In this document: piece by piece, positions 13,101 through 25,425 of the stretch
How the letters are laid out: every line of letters starts with the position of its first letter
Numbering within the stretch: the first letter of the stretch is position 1
Assembly: GCA_905178155.1 (NCBI GenBank)
Contig: CAJINV010000005.1
Coordinates: 860,564-924,563 of the forward strand
Reading direction: 5' to 3'
From: Amoebophrya sp. A120
Taxonomy: Eukaryota; Protista; Dinoflagellata
DNA length: 64,000 bases
Program-made: the position numbers and the translations under genes
Notes under the pieces: model-generated
What the model was told of the DNA's origin: nothing
Seen by the model: only the letters and a program-made list of their open reading frames with translations
Database searches by the model: none

Positions 13101-14103
13101 GGACGCCGAGACCCAGCTGGGCTTGGACCGGTTTCAGGCAGAACCAGAACAGGGCGGTCAAATAGACGAGGGGAACAAATTGTGGTGCGTAGATAATCAC
13201 GCTATTTTTCCGATTGTGCTTCAGCATTCTGGGTAGGCTTGTTTGATGAGTCGTCGTGGTTCTACCTTTACTTGCGAGGTTGAAGAGAGAAGCAGTTCTC
13301 TTGATGCGGTGAGAAGCTCCTGCCGCCAGGGGGGACAAGACCAGATTCAGGAGCAAGGACAGCATGCAGCAAAGAAGTCGCTTAGCGAGTTGTACTAGCA
13401 GCTTCTCCGTGCTGTCGTTCCGTAATGTAGTAGATTGTGGCTCTGCTGGAAGTTCTTCAAAAAATCTCGTTTCATTTTTATTACTGTAAAATAAACTTTT
13501 TTTCTTGTTCGCGAAGGAGCTCGACGTTTCATCGCAATCGTCAAACGTACTGTAGTTCCGCCTCCTCGGCCGATGGTACAAGCTGCGCCTTAACCGCGAG
13601 CTGTCGCAGAAGTCCGCTCGACCCCCCTTCCCTCGGTCTTTTGGCAAGCTGGATCCACTTGGCATTTTCATTCGGCTGTGGTTGTGGTCTGATTTTTCAC
13701 GACAATTTCCGTCGTCTGCCGCGCTGTTTGATGTGTAGTCTGTGACGAGATCATCATGATCCTTGCTGTTCCGCCCGCTGTAGCAATTGTCGGCTTCGGC
13801 GTCTTTGTCGGTATGCGACACGGCATCTGCTTTTGCTTCATCTGCTACAACTGGCGAATCTTTAACAGAATCAGCGTCTACTTCAGCCGCACGACTGTGC
13901 GCGGCTTGCGCTTCAGGATAAAAGCACCAGGGTCCGGACAATTTCCGGCATTTTGCTCGCCGACCGTAGACCGACGGGCTCCTGCTCCTTCTCTGGGACG
14001 AATCGCGACTGCGGTGTTGGTCTTCAAAAGCATCGCAAAAATGCTGCGAGCGTTCCAGCTCCTCGTACTCCTCTTCCTCGACTGTGTACAGTAACCAAGC
14101 CAT
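4179..14103 (-). CDS. Multi-exon type-I membrane protein with PA14-like domains, an LNR/Notch-like repeat, Thr-rich linkers, two Cys-rich modules, one TM helix and a long cytoplasmic tail
   Basis: ORFs 12625-14103, 11931-12233, 11144-11746, 9057-11087, 7787-8155, 6024-7250, 5409-5750 and 4179-5234 join in frame through GT-AG introns (e.g. 12541-12642, 11800-11941, 10989-11161, 7031-7177) and six introners. Motifs: RGLLGEYY; YAARFTGVVNFERPGNYTIRVETD...NHYIRLEM...VTYEGPD (PA14-like); DGTCDDG...FCPEWTYDGGDC (LNR-like); TM IMIIAGLLFCVVMPITVHYL. The start could instead be the ATG at 13227, ahead of a signal-like segment. Confidence 0.8.
5822..6086. mobile_element. Introner family A (non-canonical intron), 265 bp
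   Basis: TIR TATCAAATGCAAAAATGTCTGGGTCTGGAAG / CTTCCAGACCCAGACATTTTTGCATTTCATA; TSD AAACT. Removal gives ...VEPEF-GEGILRNN... in frame. Confidence 0.92.
7325..7603. mobile_element. Introner family B, 279 bp
   Basis: TIR TATCCTGAGCAAAAACGTCCCCAC / GTGGGGACGTTTTTACACAGGATA; TSD TAGCG. Join IPSPL-PDIPNP is in frame. Confidence 0.92.
7641..7905. mobile_element. Introner family A, 265 bp
   Basis: TATGGATTGCAAAAATGTCTGGGTCTGGA...TCCAGACCCAGACATTTTTGCAATCCATA; TSD CGTCG. Join NYFYD-ASDNRV. Confidence 0.92.
8497..8759. mobile_element. Introner family A, 263 bp
   Basis: Family A TIRs; TSD TACTC. Join YARPS-IYRGNI. Confidence 0.9.
8802..9110. mobile_element. Introner family C, 309 bp
   Basis: TIR TATGGAACTGTCAGGTTTGAAATCGTCAAAGTTGAAATA / TATTTCAACTTTGACGATTTCAAACCTGACGCTTCCATA; TSD CGCTG. 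Join YYESAA-EPNRII. Confidence 0.92.
12222..12472. mobile_element. Introner family A, 251 bp
   Basis: Family A TIRs; TSD GACAG. Join NFFGVLS-GDLQIRNPG. Confidence 0.9.
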
Positions 14104-14758
14104 CTTGCAACCATACCGGTCTCAAGCAAAATAATAACTCAAGAAACAAGAGGTTCAACTTTTGTTGTGCTGAGATAAGAATCATTGTAGATCGAAAAGG
14201 CAATTATATGCAGGGAGGGTAGGGTAGATAGATATATTAGAAGCAGCATGCAAAAAAGAACTTGTGAGGCGACGAGATTTATTGGAGTCCTGCGCGCCAC
14301 GAAGCAAAGCGACAAATTTTCAAAGGCGCACTCGCTCACTTCGTCAATTATTCTTGCCGAGTATCTTCTCTCTTTGTGATTCATCTTGAGACACTCGATA
14401 TCACGCAGCTCTGCTCGAAGATATACCGACTTTCGACACAACCACTCACTCTCACAGTCAAAAGCAGCTTCTCAACTGCCACGCGAATGATACAAACCAC
14501 TGACAGCTTCTGCAATAAAAAGTGCGAAAAATGTGTGTTGCTGCAGCTGCTATTCTCCCTTCTGCATTTTTCCTGGACTATTTCGCACTACAATCATGGT
14601 TTCTTTTTATTTGCGGACGACCGCTGTCGAGTCAGTACCTTAGTGCACCAAGCAAGGGCGCGAAGTGCCCTTCTTGCAAAACGACTGTATTCTCAAAATT
14701 TAAATTTCAACTGTAGTCTCTGTTCGATATAAGTAAAGTATTTCTTTACTTCCATATT

Positions 14759-15100
14759 CTACTTGGTGTAAGTAACCACATCGGAAATAGTTCCCGCATC
14801 GGATCCTTGAGCAGCGGCAGTACCAATGGAAAATTCGCGTGGTAATCTGGGCGGGTCCTCCAAGTAGTTCTCCACCGCGGAAGCAAAAACTACGTCTGCA
14901 CTGGTTCTTACACCCAAGACACCGTAATCGATAGACTGTACTCCAGTAATGTCACCGGCAGAAAGGGGAGCCACAGGAGGAACGGCACACTGAAGCCCAT
15001 CCACATCTGAAACCTGTATTTTTATATACGTTTTTGTTCCCATCATGGTCCTCGTCGACGTGTCCAGCAACTCCAAAACGTCGAACTCCTTAAAGTTCAC
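14759..15100 (-). CDS. Possible short ORF or exon of unknown function
   Basis: 113-aa ORF with protein-like composition, on the same strand as its neighbours. No motif recognised; its connection to adjacent genes is unresolved. Confidence 0.3.
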   Translation of the reverse strand: MNFKEFDVLELLDTSTRTMMGTKTYIKIQVSDVDGLQCAVPPVAPLSAGDITGVQSIDYGVLGVRTSADVVFASAVENYLEDPPRLPREFSIGTAAAQGSDAGTISDVVTYTK

Positions 15101-15119
15101 TTCGCAAAAACGAAATCAT

Positions 15120-16805
15120 TCAAAATGTTATGTACATGAATCCCAATCCCGCTGCGCCGTATCCGACCATCTCATCCAAGAGTGATTCGTCCTCGTTGAA
15201 ATCGATTTTCCCCAAACGGTTCAGGTACCGCACGATGTTGACGCCCAACATCTGCCCCCCGCGGACGGCGGAGTGGAAGGCGGAGATGATCGTCTGCAGC
15301 ATAAACGCGATCCACACCGCGATAATCTTCGTCACCCACACGCTGCAGACCGGCAGCCATTTGTGAAATTCTTCCGGTGTGGCAGACTTCACTGTCGGAA
15401 GGATGTGGTGGTCCGCTTGCTTCTGCAGAACTTGACCCAGGGTAGCGCCGAGAGTGATAGCGCGAGCGAAGGTGAGCTTCAAGCTCGCGAGGACGGCGAG
15501 AATACTGTGTTTGTGGTTTGATGGGCCCTTAAATCCTTTCATCGTCACTCATTGGAATGATGTATGCAAGCATTATAATTTTGACGTCCACCACGACCAC
15601 CGTGATGAAAAACGAGATAAAAGACCGCAGAAATTATTAATAGATTCGGTATTCTCAATACCCGGCACTGATGCTCGCCGCCGCGGTGGAGAACTTTTCC
15701 GGATTGACGACCCGCAAGAAGAGCAAAACCTTCCGGGTTCCAAGCTCCTGCGGGGTGATTTGCTGGACGTCTGGGATACCGTCGCCGTCCAGGTCTTCCT
15801 GTTCATCCTTCTTGTGGGCATCCATCGCAACCGTCATTTCGCCGTAGAGAACGGTGATGGCGTTGCGCATACCTGCAACGCTATAGTGGTGTAAACATGT
15901 TCGGTGAAAAAAGCAAAACACGAATACATAGATCAGATAGATGAAGATTCACTTGCGATGCAAGGGATGACTTCTACGCATGCAGCAAGAGCAACTATCT
16001 CATACTCGTATACCATCCCACCCCGCGAGCTTGAACGCTTCCACGGCGGCGATCAGCAGCGGAAAGGTTCCTCCGAAAAAGCACAAGCAGAAACCGAAGA
16101 CAATCGGGACCAGCTCGTTCCCAGCCTCACCCGAAAAGTGCGGCTCCACCTTTTCCCACAGGAGCTTCGCATACCTTTTTTGGATGTGTCAGCATATTGT
16201 TGCGAAAATGATTTACTGGAAAAATCCGCGGAGATCTAGTGTGCCGTGGAGAAGGTTCCGCTTCTTAATAAGTAGAGCTGTACTTGCATGGCAAACATTT
16301 CCAATGATGAAATGAAACAAATCTTCACAGATGAAGATGAAGCATTCAATACTCAAACGCCGCCAGCGCGGCTGGCACCGCCTTGGTCTCGATAAAGACC
16401 ACTCCCGTGGCAACCTGCTCAGAGTACTGCAGCACATGCGGCTTCACTTTCGAAAGCACTGGAAGTGAGGCGAAGGCTTCGACTTGTTCCTGATGAGCAA
16501 ATTTTTGAATTTCATCAATTTCGTGAATTCAAACCTCCACTGCCAAGGATTTATTTTTCCGTGTCCATCGTTAGTTCTGATGCGAAGCGGCGTGGTCCAC
16601 CATGTGAGCTGCAACAGAAAGTCAACAAACAAACCTTTCTCTTGGTCAGCAACGCACCATCTCCCGCGACGGAAACTTTTGCTTTCTCTCCGGTCACGCT
16701 GGTTTTCTTTTTTCCCGCCGCTGTCTTTTCGACTGCCTTCTGCTCTTTCGGCTCGAGCTTTACGTCGTCCGTGGAGGCTGCCATGGGGGAGATAGCTTCT
16801 GGCAT
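15120..16805 (-). CDS. Multi-exon hypothetical membrane protein with a DxDGDG calcium-loop-like motif
   Basis: Exon-like ORF segments MPEAISPM..., DLDGDGIPDVQQITPQELGTRKVLLFL and LAVLASLKLTFARAITLG...AFHSAVRGG, separated by AT-richer introns. The 3' end is uncertain. Confidence 0.65.
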
Positions 16806-17946
16806 AGTTGTTGCGATCTTCTTTCGGGCTATAGAAAATTATCGGTTTCTTGCACGACCTGTGCGGATACGTCAAAACAAGAGAGCCTGCGACTTGGCTC
16901 ACTAAGAGGGCAAAGAAAAGCGTATCAAGCACATGAAATAAACGAAGAAATGCTGTAATGGACTGCACGCGGTGCCCGGAGAAACGGAATATTGCTTGCA
17001 AAAATAGCCTCGTCACGAGCGAAACGGAAAGCGCCAGCAGAGCGCCGTCCGTTCATCCAAGTCAACCAAAACACCAAAGGCACAAGTATCAAACAACGAT
17101 CTTTATACACATAACATAAACCAATGGCTTTTTTTTCCGTAACTTCATTTTGTTGCCCTCTCACTCTCTCTCGATGTTTGTTCCGTGAGAGGTTTCTGAC
17201 AGTCACTGGCCCAAAAAGCACAATCAATCGAACTCCCTTTCATCTCAGCAGTGCACGTATGCAAAATCTGCGAGGTCCCGCGTCCGAACCAGAAATCATT
17301 TATGTTCCAAACACATTTCAACCGCTTATCATTAACAGGGGTTCATGCTATACTGACTGTAATATCCTCTTGATGTTGTCTCTTTCTGATTTACTACGCT
17401 TCGTACTGTAGATCTTCTCTTCAAATCGAGTTTTCTGAATATCCAGCTTGTGTACAAGACTCGATACTAAAATACGTTCATGATGTAATTGAGTCCGTAT
17501 CCGTTAAAAATCCGACGCAAGAAGACCGCCGCGTCACTTCTATCTGAGCCGTGAGCCTGGTCAGAGGTAACCGTTCTGTCCATGTGTTGCAGGAAATTCG
17601 CTTTCTCGTAATAAGTACAGGACAAAAAATTCATGGTTTATTCGATATTGTGTCTTCAGGATACACTTCTGCAGCTGCGGCAGCCATTCCGTCGCCCTTA
17701 AAAAATGTCAAATCACAACAGTGCGCACGAAAACAACACTTAGCACAATGACCTGTGCCTGCATCACAAAGCAAAAACTCACCTGCTCGATATTATCTGT
17801 ACAGTTTCTTCATCTGTCCATAATGCTATATCAAAGTGCAAGCATTTTACTGCTTGGATCACGTTGCTTTCCATTTTTATCTAGATTTCACTTTTCCACG
17901 TCCTTGTCGGATCACATCACACAGATTCGTTTTTCCATGTCTTCGT

Positions 17947-20900
17947 CTAATATCGAAACCCTTGCTTTCTCCTCTGGTAGTAGGGCTTGAGCTGGAAAAA
18001 CTCCTCCTTACTAATGGTTCCATTGTGGTCTTTGTCTAGCAGCGCGAAAATCGCACCGAGGTTCCCCGTATCGTACGAAAAAAGTGTTTCACTGTAAGGA
18101 TTTTCCAAGTTTTGCATTACAAGTTCGTTACACATGACCAAGAAAACTTGCCATGCGTGGTTCCTAAGGGAAAACACATTGAAAAACCCAATGTCTTGTA
18201 TGTGTAGCAAGACAAATAGTTGTATGCTCCATTCTATGCATCACAAGTTCACAGTGAAACAGTTTTTTCTTGCGATACCCCGTCCCCCCGGTGTAGTGCA
18301 GATGGGTCATGGCGTCGCAGAACTCGTACCGACTCAAGTCGCCCGAGTCATTTTCGTCCGCAATGCAGTACGCTTGCTCCACCGTGAGGTTGCGGGAAAT
18401 GAGGAAGTCGAGAAAAGTGGTTAACGATTTCGCAGTGATGCTATCATCCTCTTCGTCCTCGCTTTCGCCCCAGTACTCGTGCTCAAATTTGTTGCAGCTC
18501 TCGCCTGTATCAGCGACAATTCGGCCACCTGTAGTCTTTTTTTTCTTGATAGTCAGTGAAAAACCTTCCTGCCAACTATGTTGCACTGTTAGCATGAACA
18601 AGATCATGCTCTACTTCACTGTAACTGAAATATCCAGCTAGTCACAACATCCATACCCGCTGGCATCTTCTTCTTCCTGTACGCCCGGTCGCCAACGAAT
18701 TTGGATGTTGAAAACACACCACCCCCCGTAGCAGCAGTCCCCTCGCCCGTGTGGTCGACAGCGTTTCTGCGCCCGAGCCGCATTTTCGTTGGTAGAAAAG
18801 AGGAAAAGGACAACGTCCTTGCCAGTTCTTCGTTAAACTTCGACGCGTTCACCAAGGTCTGCTCGGCCGTGAAGTGGTGCTTTTTTTGCATCTTCTTCTT
18901 CTCCTCCATCCTCCGCAGCAATTCCGCGGCTAAAGCCCCCGCAGAGCCCTCGTTACCATGGTCCACAGCGTCCCTTCTCCGAAAGGCAAACGGCGGTGGC
19001 TTCGCCATCGTTTCAACCGTGATGTCTACTGCATCTGCTTGTTCTGTTACTTCCTCCAGTTCGGCTACTATTTTTGCTTTCGATCCATCCGAAGTATGGT
19101 CCACCGCATTTCTTCGGCGCGTTGCGAACGCGGGTAGTCGTGCTGGTAAAGAATCATCTGCTTGTTCAACATCTTCTGCGTCTTCCGGAGAAGATGATAT
19201 CTCCAGCTCTTCCAAGACTTTCCCCCTTGACCCATCACCGGTGTGATCCACCGCATTCCTACGGCGCTGGGCAAAAGCAGGTGGTTTTGGCAAGTGTTCT
19301 ACGGTATCCTCCTCCTTCAGCTCCGCTTCGATTTCTCTCTGCGACCCATCGCCGGTATGGTCAACCGCGTTTCTCCTTCGGGTGGCGTAGACTGGAAGTC
19401 GCTCTTTGGGAAAATTATCGGCTTCTGCTACGTCACCTGCTTGTTCCCCTATTTCATCTTCCACAGCTGCTTCCAACTCCTCGACCAGGTTTGCTTTCGA
19501 CCCGTCCGCCGAATGGTCGATCGCGTTTCTCCTTCTGGTCGCGTAGGCCGCGGGGGGACCCGCGAAAATGTCATCGTCCACAGCCTCCTCGTCCGATTCT
19601 TCCTCACTTTCAACGCTGGATTTGTTCAGCAGATCAACGACCGCCTGGACCGATCCGTCACCCGTGTGGTCGACCGCCCTTCTCCGTCTTAACGCATACG
19701 CCGGCGGCTTTGGCAAATTTTCCACAGTATCGTCGTCCTCGCCGTCTTTTGAATACGCTAGGGCAGCTGCTTGTTCCGCGACCTCTTCTGCTGTGCCGTC
19801 TCCCGTATGGTCGATTGCACCTCGCCTCTTCAACACGAAGGGTGGCGGGGGAATTGTAGCACTTTCGGCAGCAGAAGAAGTTGCTATCGCTGCTTCCAAT
19901 TCGTCCACGATCTTCTCCTTCGTCTTATCTGCTGTGTGGTCCACCGCATTCCTGCGTCTTTTCGCAAAGTCCGGAACTGGGCCTGGAAAACCGGTCTCGA
20001 TGGCGGACTCCAATGACGTCGAAACCTTCAACTGCGATCCGTCCGCCGTGTGATCAATGGCTTTTCGTCGCTGTAGTGCGGAAGCAGGTGGCTGATGTTC
20101 TGAATCTTCTTCTTCCTCTTCCTCAGACGATGATGTTGTGGCCTCTTCCTCCGAGATGAAATCTTGTCCCGAAGTAGTATTAACCGGTGCTTCCTGTTTT
20201 GCAAGGATCGTGTCAATTTGCTTTCTGTCAATCAACAAATTGTTTTTCTCCCCGAGAAGAGCTCCTACATCCGAAGGACCTGCACTACTTGATGTTCCAT
20301 CGACAGCGTTTCTCCGTTTCTGCAAATACCCGCTGGGCACCGACGCCAAAAACTCCACCTCCTGCGCCTCGTTTTTCCCGGTGTAATCAACCGCGTTCCG
20401 TCGCCGCATGGCAAACTTCGGGACCGGGGGCAGTTCGTCCACCTCGACGTCCTCCTCCACCACGACAGACAATTTGTTCGGCGGGCCGGTTGGGCGCGGT
20501 ATCGTCTGCTGCGTCAGTATCAACTGCCCCAAAGGACCAAACGCTTCCGCGGGCGACGGCGTCGCGGTGCTGCTGATTTCGGTGGGAGAGGAGAGAGAAC
20601 TGCTGTCAACAGGCGACCCAGTTTGGGTACTCGCAGAGGACGAGTACTCGCCGGGGGACCCTTTGGAGGTGGTTGTATGTCTACTCAAAGAACCGGGGAA
20701 GGAGCTGCTGTTGCTGCTGATAACGTTCATCTGCGGTTTGTTACCGTTGGTCGCCGCTTTCGACGATGTCAGCAAGTGCGCGAATACCCCCTCGCCACTG
20801 GACTTCGCAGCGCTGTTACTCTTCTCCGTGATCTTCAGCTCCTGCATCTGCGCATCCAACGCGTAAATCCCCGCACGGTACTCCTCGTTGCTCAGGTTTT

Positions 20901-22164
20901 GCAGCGATCGCAATGTTCGTGTGAACTCCCGCGCGCGGTCTTCTTCCGTGGCGCCGACGAAGGCTGAGGACAGGGAAGAAGATGAAAGAGCACCCTTTTT
21001 TACATTTGGGGCTTCTTCTAGCCCAATCGCAACATCCTCGGCCTCCTGCTCGGAACTGTAGATTTCGCTTTCCAGAATCGCCTTCACCGGGTCCGTCAGC
21101 CGTGGCTCCGACTGGCAGCGACGGTAGCTGGACTTGCCAAGCAGCTTGCTCGGTTGCCCGAACGTGGTGTTGCCGTATCCACCGGTTAGGTAGGGAGAGC
21201 GGAGGGTGGTCTGAAGGTGAGATGATTTGAGCAGAAGTGGTGGACACGCGTCACACATTTTGAGCATACGTAGTAGACATGACACCGCGCGTCACACATT
21301 TTGATTTCGTGATTTTTTGAAGTGCATAGTGTGACAAGCACTGCATAACAACAAGCATCTTGTCTCCCAAATTCAGGCTACCAGCGGCCCAAGTTCTGAT
21401 GACGAAATCGACATGCTCTCCCACGGCGCGACAATCTTTTGCAAGGCCTTCTTGCTCCGGAGTCGTGTTCGCGTGTACTCGTTGTGGTAGGTAGTGAGTC
21501 GATACATCTCCGTGTTGCCACCCCACCCGTCGTATTTGTAGCGCGCGAACATCGAGTGCTGAAATTTCGAAAGAACGACATGTGACGCTAACGTTTTCAA
21601 TGCACAGGCAGCATTATTTCACCAAGGATGAGTGCAATTGCTGTTGCATTTGCAACCAATCTTCCGCATGAGAAAGTAACTTACTATACTAACCTTGTCC
21701 GCCACCAGCCGCTTGCTTTCATGCTTCACTCGATCGAGGTTGAGTTGGAAGTCCAGATCTTTCGTTTGCAGACGCATCCGATTATCCAACGAAGCCCGAC
21801 CGAGAGTTTGCAACTGTATCAAATGAAAGTTCTCAAATTTTCACTCTGTCTCATGCAAGTGATGCTATGGAAATCGCCTCTGTGAAGACTCTACACGAAG
21901 TTTGAGTTCCAAAAGCGGTCTAGCAGCTCCAAAACACGACAAAAACAAACAAAATCCCACTCGGTTTCGCTTCTGCGCCAAGTCGCTCTTCTCCCGCAGA
22001 TAGGTTGTAAATTGGTCCACCCCATACCGGTGCTCCTCGTCGTGCTTCACTACCCTCGACAGCGCCGCCTGCAGGTCCCGCTCCGCGATTCTCTTGTCGC
22101 GCTTCCGCTTCCGCCACTGGGAAACCAGGTTTAACGGATCGTGCGTTGAAGGGTCACTGCGCAT
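17947..22164 (-). CDS. Protein with 12 RRx(A)(V/I)D repeats and C-terminal EF-hands
   Basis: The 889-aa exon ORF (18616-21285) repeats the unit (P/A)(F/Y)AxRRRNAVDHTGDG. Downstream ORFs carry EF-hand loops DENDSGDLSRYE and DKDHNGTISKEE. Upstream exons are inferred from ORFs 21373-22224. Exon linkage is inferred. Confidence 0.7.
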
Positions 22165-22260
22165 CTGGGCCCTGGGGGAGGTTGTGTTTGTTATTGTAGC
22201 TTTCTGTGAAAATGCATCGTCCAATGTTAGGTAGATGCCAGATCAACGAAATGATCTCTG

Positions 22261-22518
22261 AATCAGACCCGTCTTGAAACAAAAATTCTCCGCTTTCATC
22301 AACACAACAAAGTGTATCAGAAACACGGACCAAAGAGATGTGTCATCATGGAACAGCGGCACTGCTTTCACAGGCCGAGGGTGCAATATTTACTGCAGCG
22401 ATGCTAGATGAGAATCGGAAATTACAAAAATCAGACCCGTCTTGAAACAAAAATTCTCCGATTTCATCAACACAGCAAAGTGTATCAGAAACACGGACCA
22501 AAGAGATGTGTCATCATG
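22261..22518. repeat. Direct repeat pair, about 90 bp (22261-22350 and 22429-22518)
   Basis: AATCAGACCCGTCTTGAAACAAAAATTCTCCG...GATGTGTCATCATG occurs twice with about 2 mismatches. Confidence 0.9.
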
Positions 22519-22591
22519 TAGGATAAAAACCAGGACGGTCCCTGATTTCGAGCCGAGAGCCTGTGTTTTCCTTGCAAACTTTCTTCAAATG

Positions 22592-22976
22592 TGTCGCTGA
22601 GTCATGAAACAGAAGACACGACATAAAACGCACTTCTGGGATTAATCTCAGCTGATGCTTTGGGTTGCGTTGATTAAAAAAGCACGCTATGAAAATAAAG
22701 CGAGTTTTTGCCCAACGAACCGGAAAAAATTAGAACGCCAAAGCCAATGCGACTGAGGCCGCCGAGGTGGGACATAAGTTCGACCCGAAACAGAGGAGGG
22801 GCAAGCGGAATGTGGATTCTGTATGCGGGGAAACTTGAAGCATTTGTCGTTGAGTCATGAAACAGAAGACACGATGAGATGCGCGCTTCTGGGATTAATC
22901 TCAACAGTTCAATCTAGGTTGCGTTGATTAAAAAAGCACGCTATTTGAGAAAAAGCGAGTCTTTGCCCAACGAACC
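22592..22976. repeat. Diverged direct repeat pair, about 130 bp (22592-22721 and 22844-22976)
   Basis: TGAGTCATGAAACAGAAGACACGA...TTCTGGGATTAATCTCA...GGTTGCGTTGATTAAAAAAGCACGCTAT...TTGCCCAACGAACC occurs twice. Confidence 0.85.
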
Positions 22977-23922
22977 AAAATTTCTGGAGGAACGGATCAT
23001 CAGAGTCGATTTCAATAGAAAAGGGAGAACGGCGAATCACTGCCAATTTTCCTTGATCATTCAGTTTATTTTTCGAGGGCCCATTTCATACGTAATTGAA
23101 ATATATCAAAATTATCAAACTTAGCAAAAAGACGGTACTCTATCAGCTTCCATGCTTCCTTTCGGTGAATCTTGGCCTTTTGATGAAACGACTCGGCTAT
23201 CTCACCCCGCCGCTCGCCGGCAAGAGGACTCGTCATTTTGTGCGATTTTCACCACCTCTGTTGGTCCGATGACTAAAACTATCTCAGCATACCCTGGCGC
23301 AGTCACTGGTTGCTATGTTTGAATTGCCCTTTCTAGATCTACAGGTAAGATTCACTTACAAGTAAAAAACTACTGCATTGCCAGTGGGCGCTAGCACAAG
23401 CGGCGCAAAGCAAACATCTCCACTGCTCCCTTCGTTAAGAATGTAACTTATTCCCCACAAAAAACCCACTCAGTTTGCAGGCACATCCCTCTACCGCACT
23501 GCTTGTGCTTGCAAGAACCGCTTGGAAAAAATAAAAGAGAAAGACAAACGAGCTGCAACGTAATAAATAGCTGCACACTACTGGAAGAACAAAAAAAGCG
23601 AGGACTGCGTCTGACACTGACAGTCAATGTGATACAATTCGAGCCACAGAGATTTGCTTTGCGCTGGAAACGTCCCTTGTAGTGCCTGTGCCACTCAGCA
23701 CCTATACTTTCCAAATTGTTCATTCCTCGGTCTACAAAGACCTCCTGTTCCACCGCCCTTGAACTACCACCTATCCCGTTCAAACTACCGCGTCAACACT
23801 TTCGTCGCAGCAGTTGGCGATAAGCCCGCCCGTTTCGCTCTACCTTGCGTGGCACGATCCGCTCCTACGGCCGGCCATGGGGAAAAAAACCGGCGCCCAA
23901 CTGGAGAAGGCCCGCACGATAC

Positions 23923-24930
23923 TCACTCCATCCTCTCCGTTGCGGAATCCGGTGGTGAGTACTTCTTAGGCATCCTAGCCGCCAAGCTCGTCGCGAAGGC
24001 AGCGAGTACCGCAATACCGTGACCCGCCGGTATCCAGCCGTTCATCACCGCCTTGTTGTCCGCCATATAGAGTATCCAGAGGAAGAGCGCCGCCACGAAC
24101 GCGAAAAACATGTTTCCGAACGCGGGGATGGCAAAAGTTCCTTGCATGAGGAGAAAGATCGAAACCGCTACTGGGTAGATTATCCCGCCGCATAATGGGA
24201 ACCAGAAGTACGCCCATCGAGCGGCCGAGCCGATGAAGCAAGCTGTCAAGGTGGAGATAGTGTTTTCATCGCAGTACGGTCTACTTGATGGTGCAAGCAT
24301 CTGAAATAATAATGCATGTGCACGACCATGGATGCAAACGCCAGAAAAAAAAAGCAGAACATCGGACTACCTAGCAGCACTGCTGATATGACCCTTGCTA
24401 TCAACAAAATTCCGTTCAGTCGCGCGGCTTGGCTGCCGGCGTGCAATGGTGAAAGCAGTGCCTCCACGCCGGCAAGGACGAACGCGGCGATCAGCAAGCT
24501 CTCAAAGGTGCTGAGCCCATCGTCGTATTCCGTTACGCACCTGTGTAATGAATCGAATTTCGACTCAATCCGACACCCGGATAACAAAAATTGAAATCCA
24601 CAAGAGCGGTCAAGCTATAGCGATTCCCACTAAAAAATACTAGTCGTACGAAGATGGACGTCAAAATCAATTCAACTTCCTCCACCATCCGACTGTAAGT
24701 ATGATATCTCAGTACGCTGTCGTCATGTTCTTGGGATCCCAGTAGCACCCCTGTGCCGTCTCCACGTTGCAGGGGCTGGCGATGCATTTCCCCGGCAGGC
24801 TGCTCTTCACGTGTATCTCCTTCTGCCACCAGGCAATCGCGACGAAGCCGACAAAGACCCAGCAGAGAATCATTCGCCACACAAACAGCGTCGCCGCTGC
24901 GCTCTCGCAAATCGCCGCACTTCCCGTCAT
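23923..24930 (-). CDS. Multi-exon hypothetical polytopic membrane protein
   Basis: Hydrophobic exon-like ORFs 24709-24930, 24246-24587 and 23923-24300. Exact ends are uncertain. Confidence 0.6.
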
Positions 24931-25425
24931 TTCACGCTATGGTGCTCGGGCGGTTTTTCTTTCCGGTTTTGGTGGCGTGGTTGCACTCCGCGAATGGTGC
25001 GTAAGAAGATTTAGAGCAGAAAAAAGTGCCCCTGGCTCGAAACACTTGTCCCCATTTTCAGATAAAGCTGCCCTGCACGACTCGTTGCTGCCTGTTTGGC
25101 GCTGCCTTACAGATTGGACGATTGCATCGAATTCTTACAACGCTAGCAGTAAGTCCGCATGCTGAACTCCATGACTGCACTCTTTTTCGTAGCCCTCAAA
25201 TCAAGAACACCCTCCTCGAAGAACACCCATGCGACACTGACATGGACCGTGGCACAAAGCCACGAAGAGAAACTCATCGATCCGCAAAAATCATTTGAAC
25301 GGCCCGCAGAATATACTTGCCAAACGGAGGTACAACGAGCAGAAAACGTCAGTGCCAACCTTTCGTGCCTGATGTTGTTCCAGCCATCATGTCTAGAAGA
25401 ACAAGAAAAAGAGCATTACTGCACA

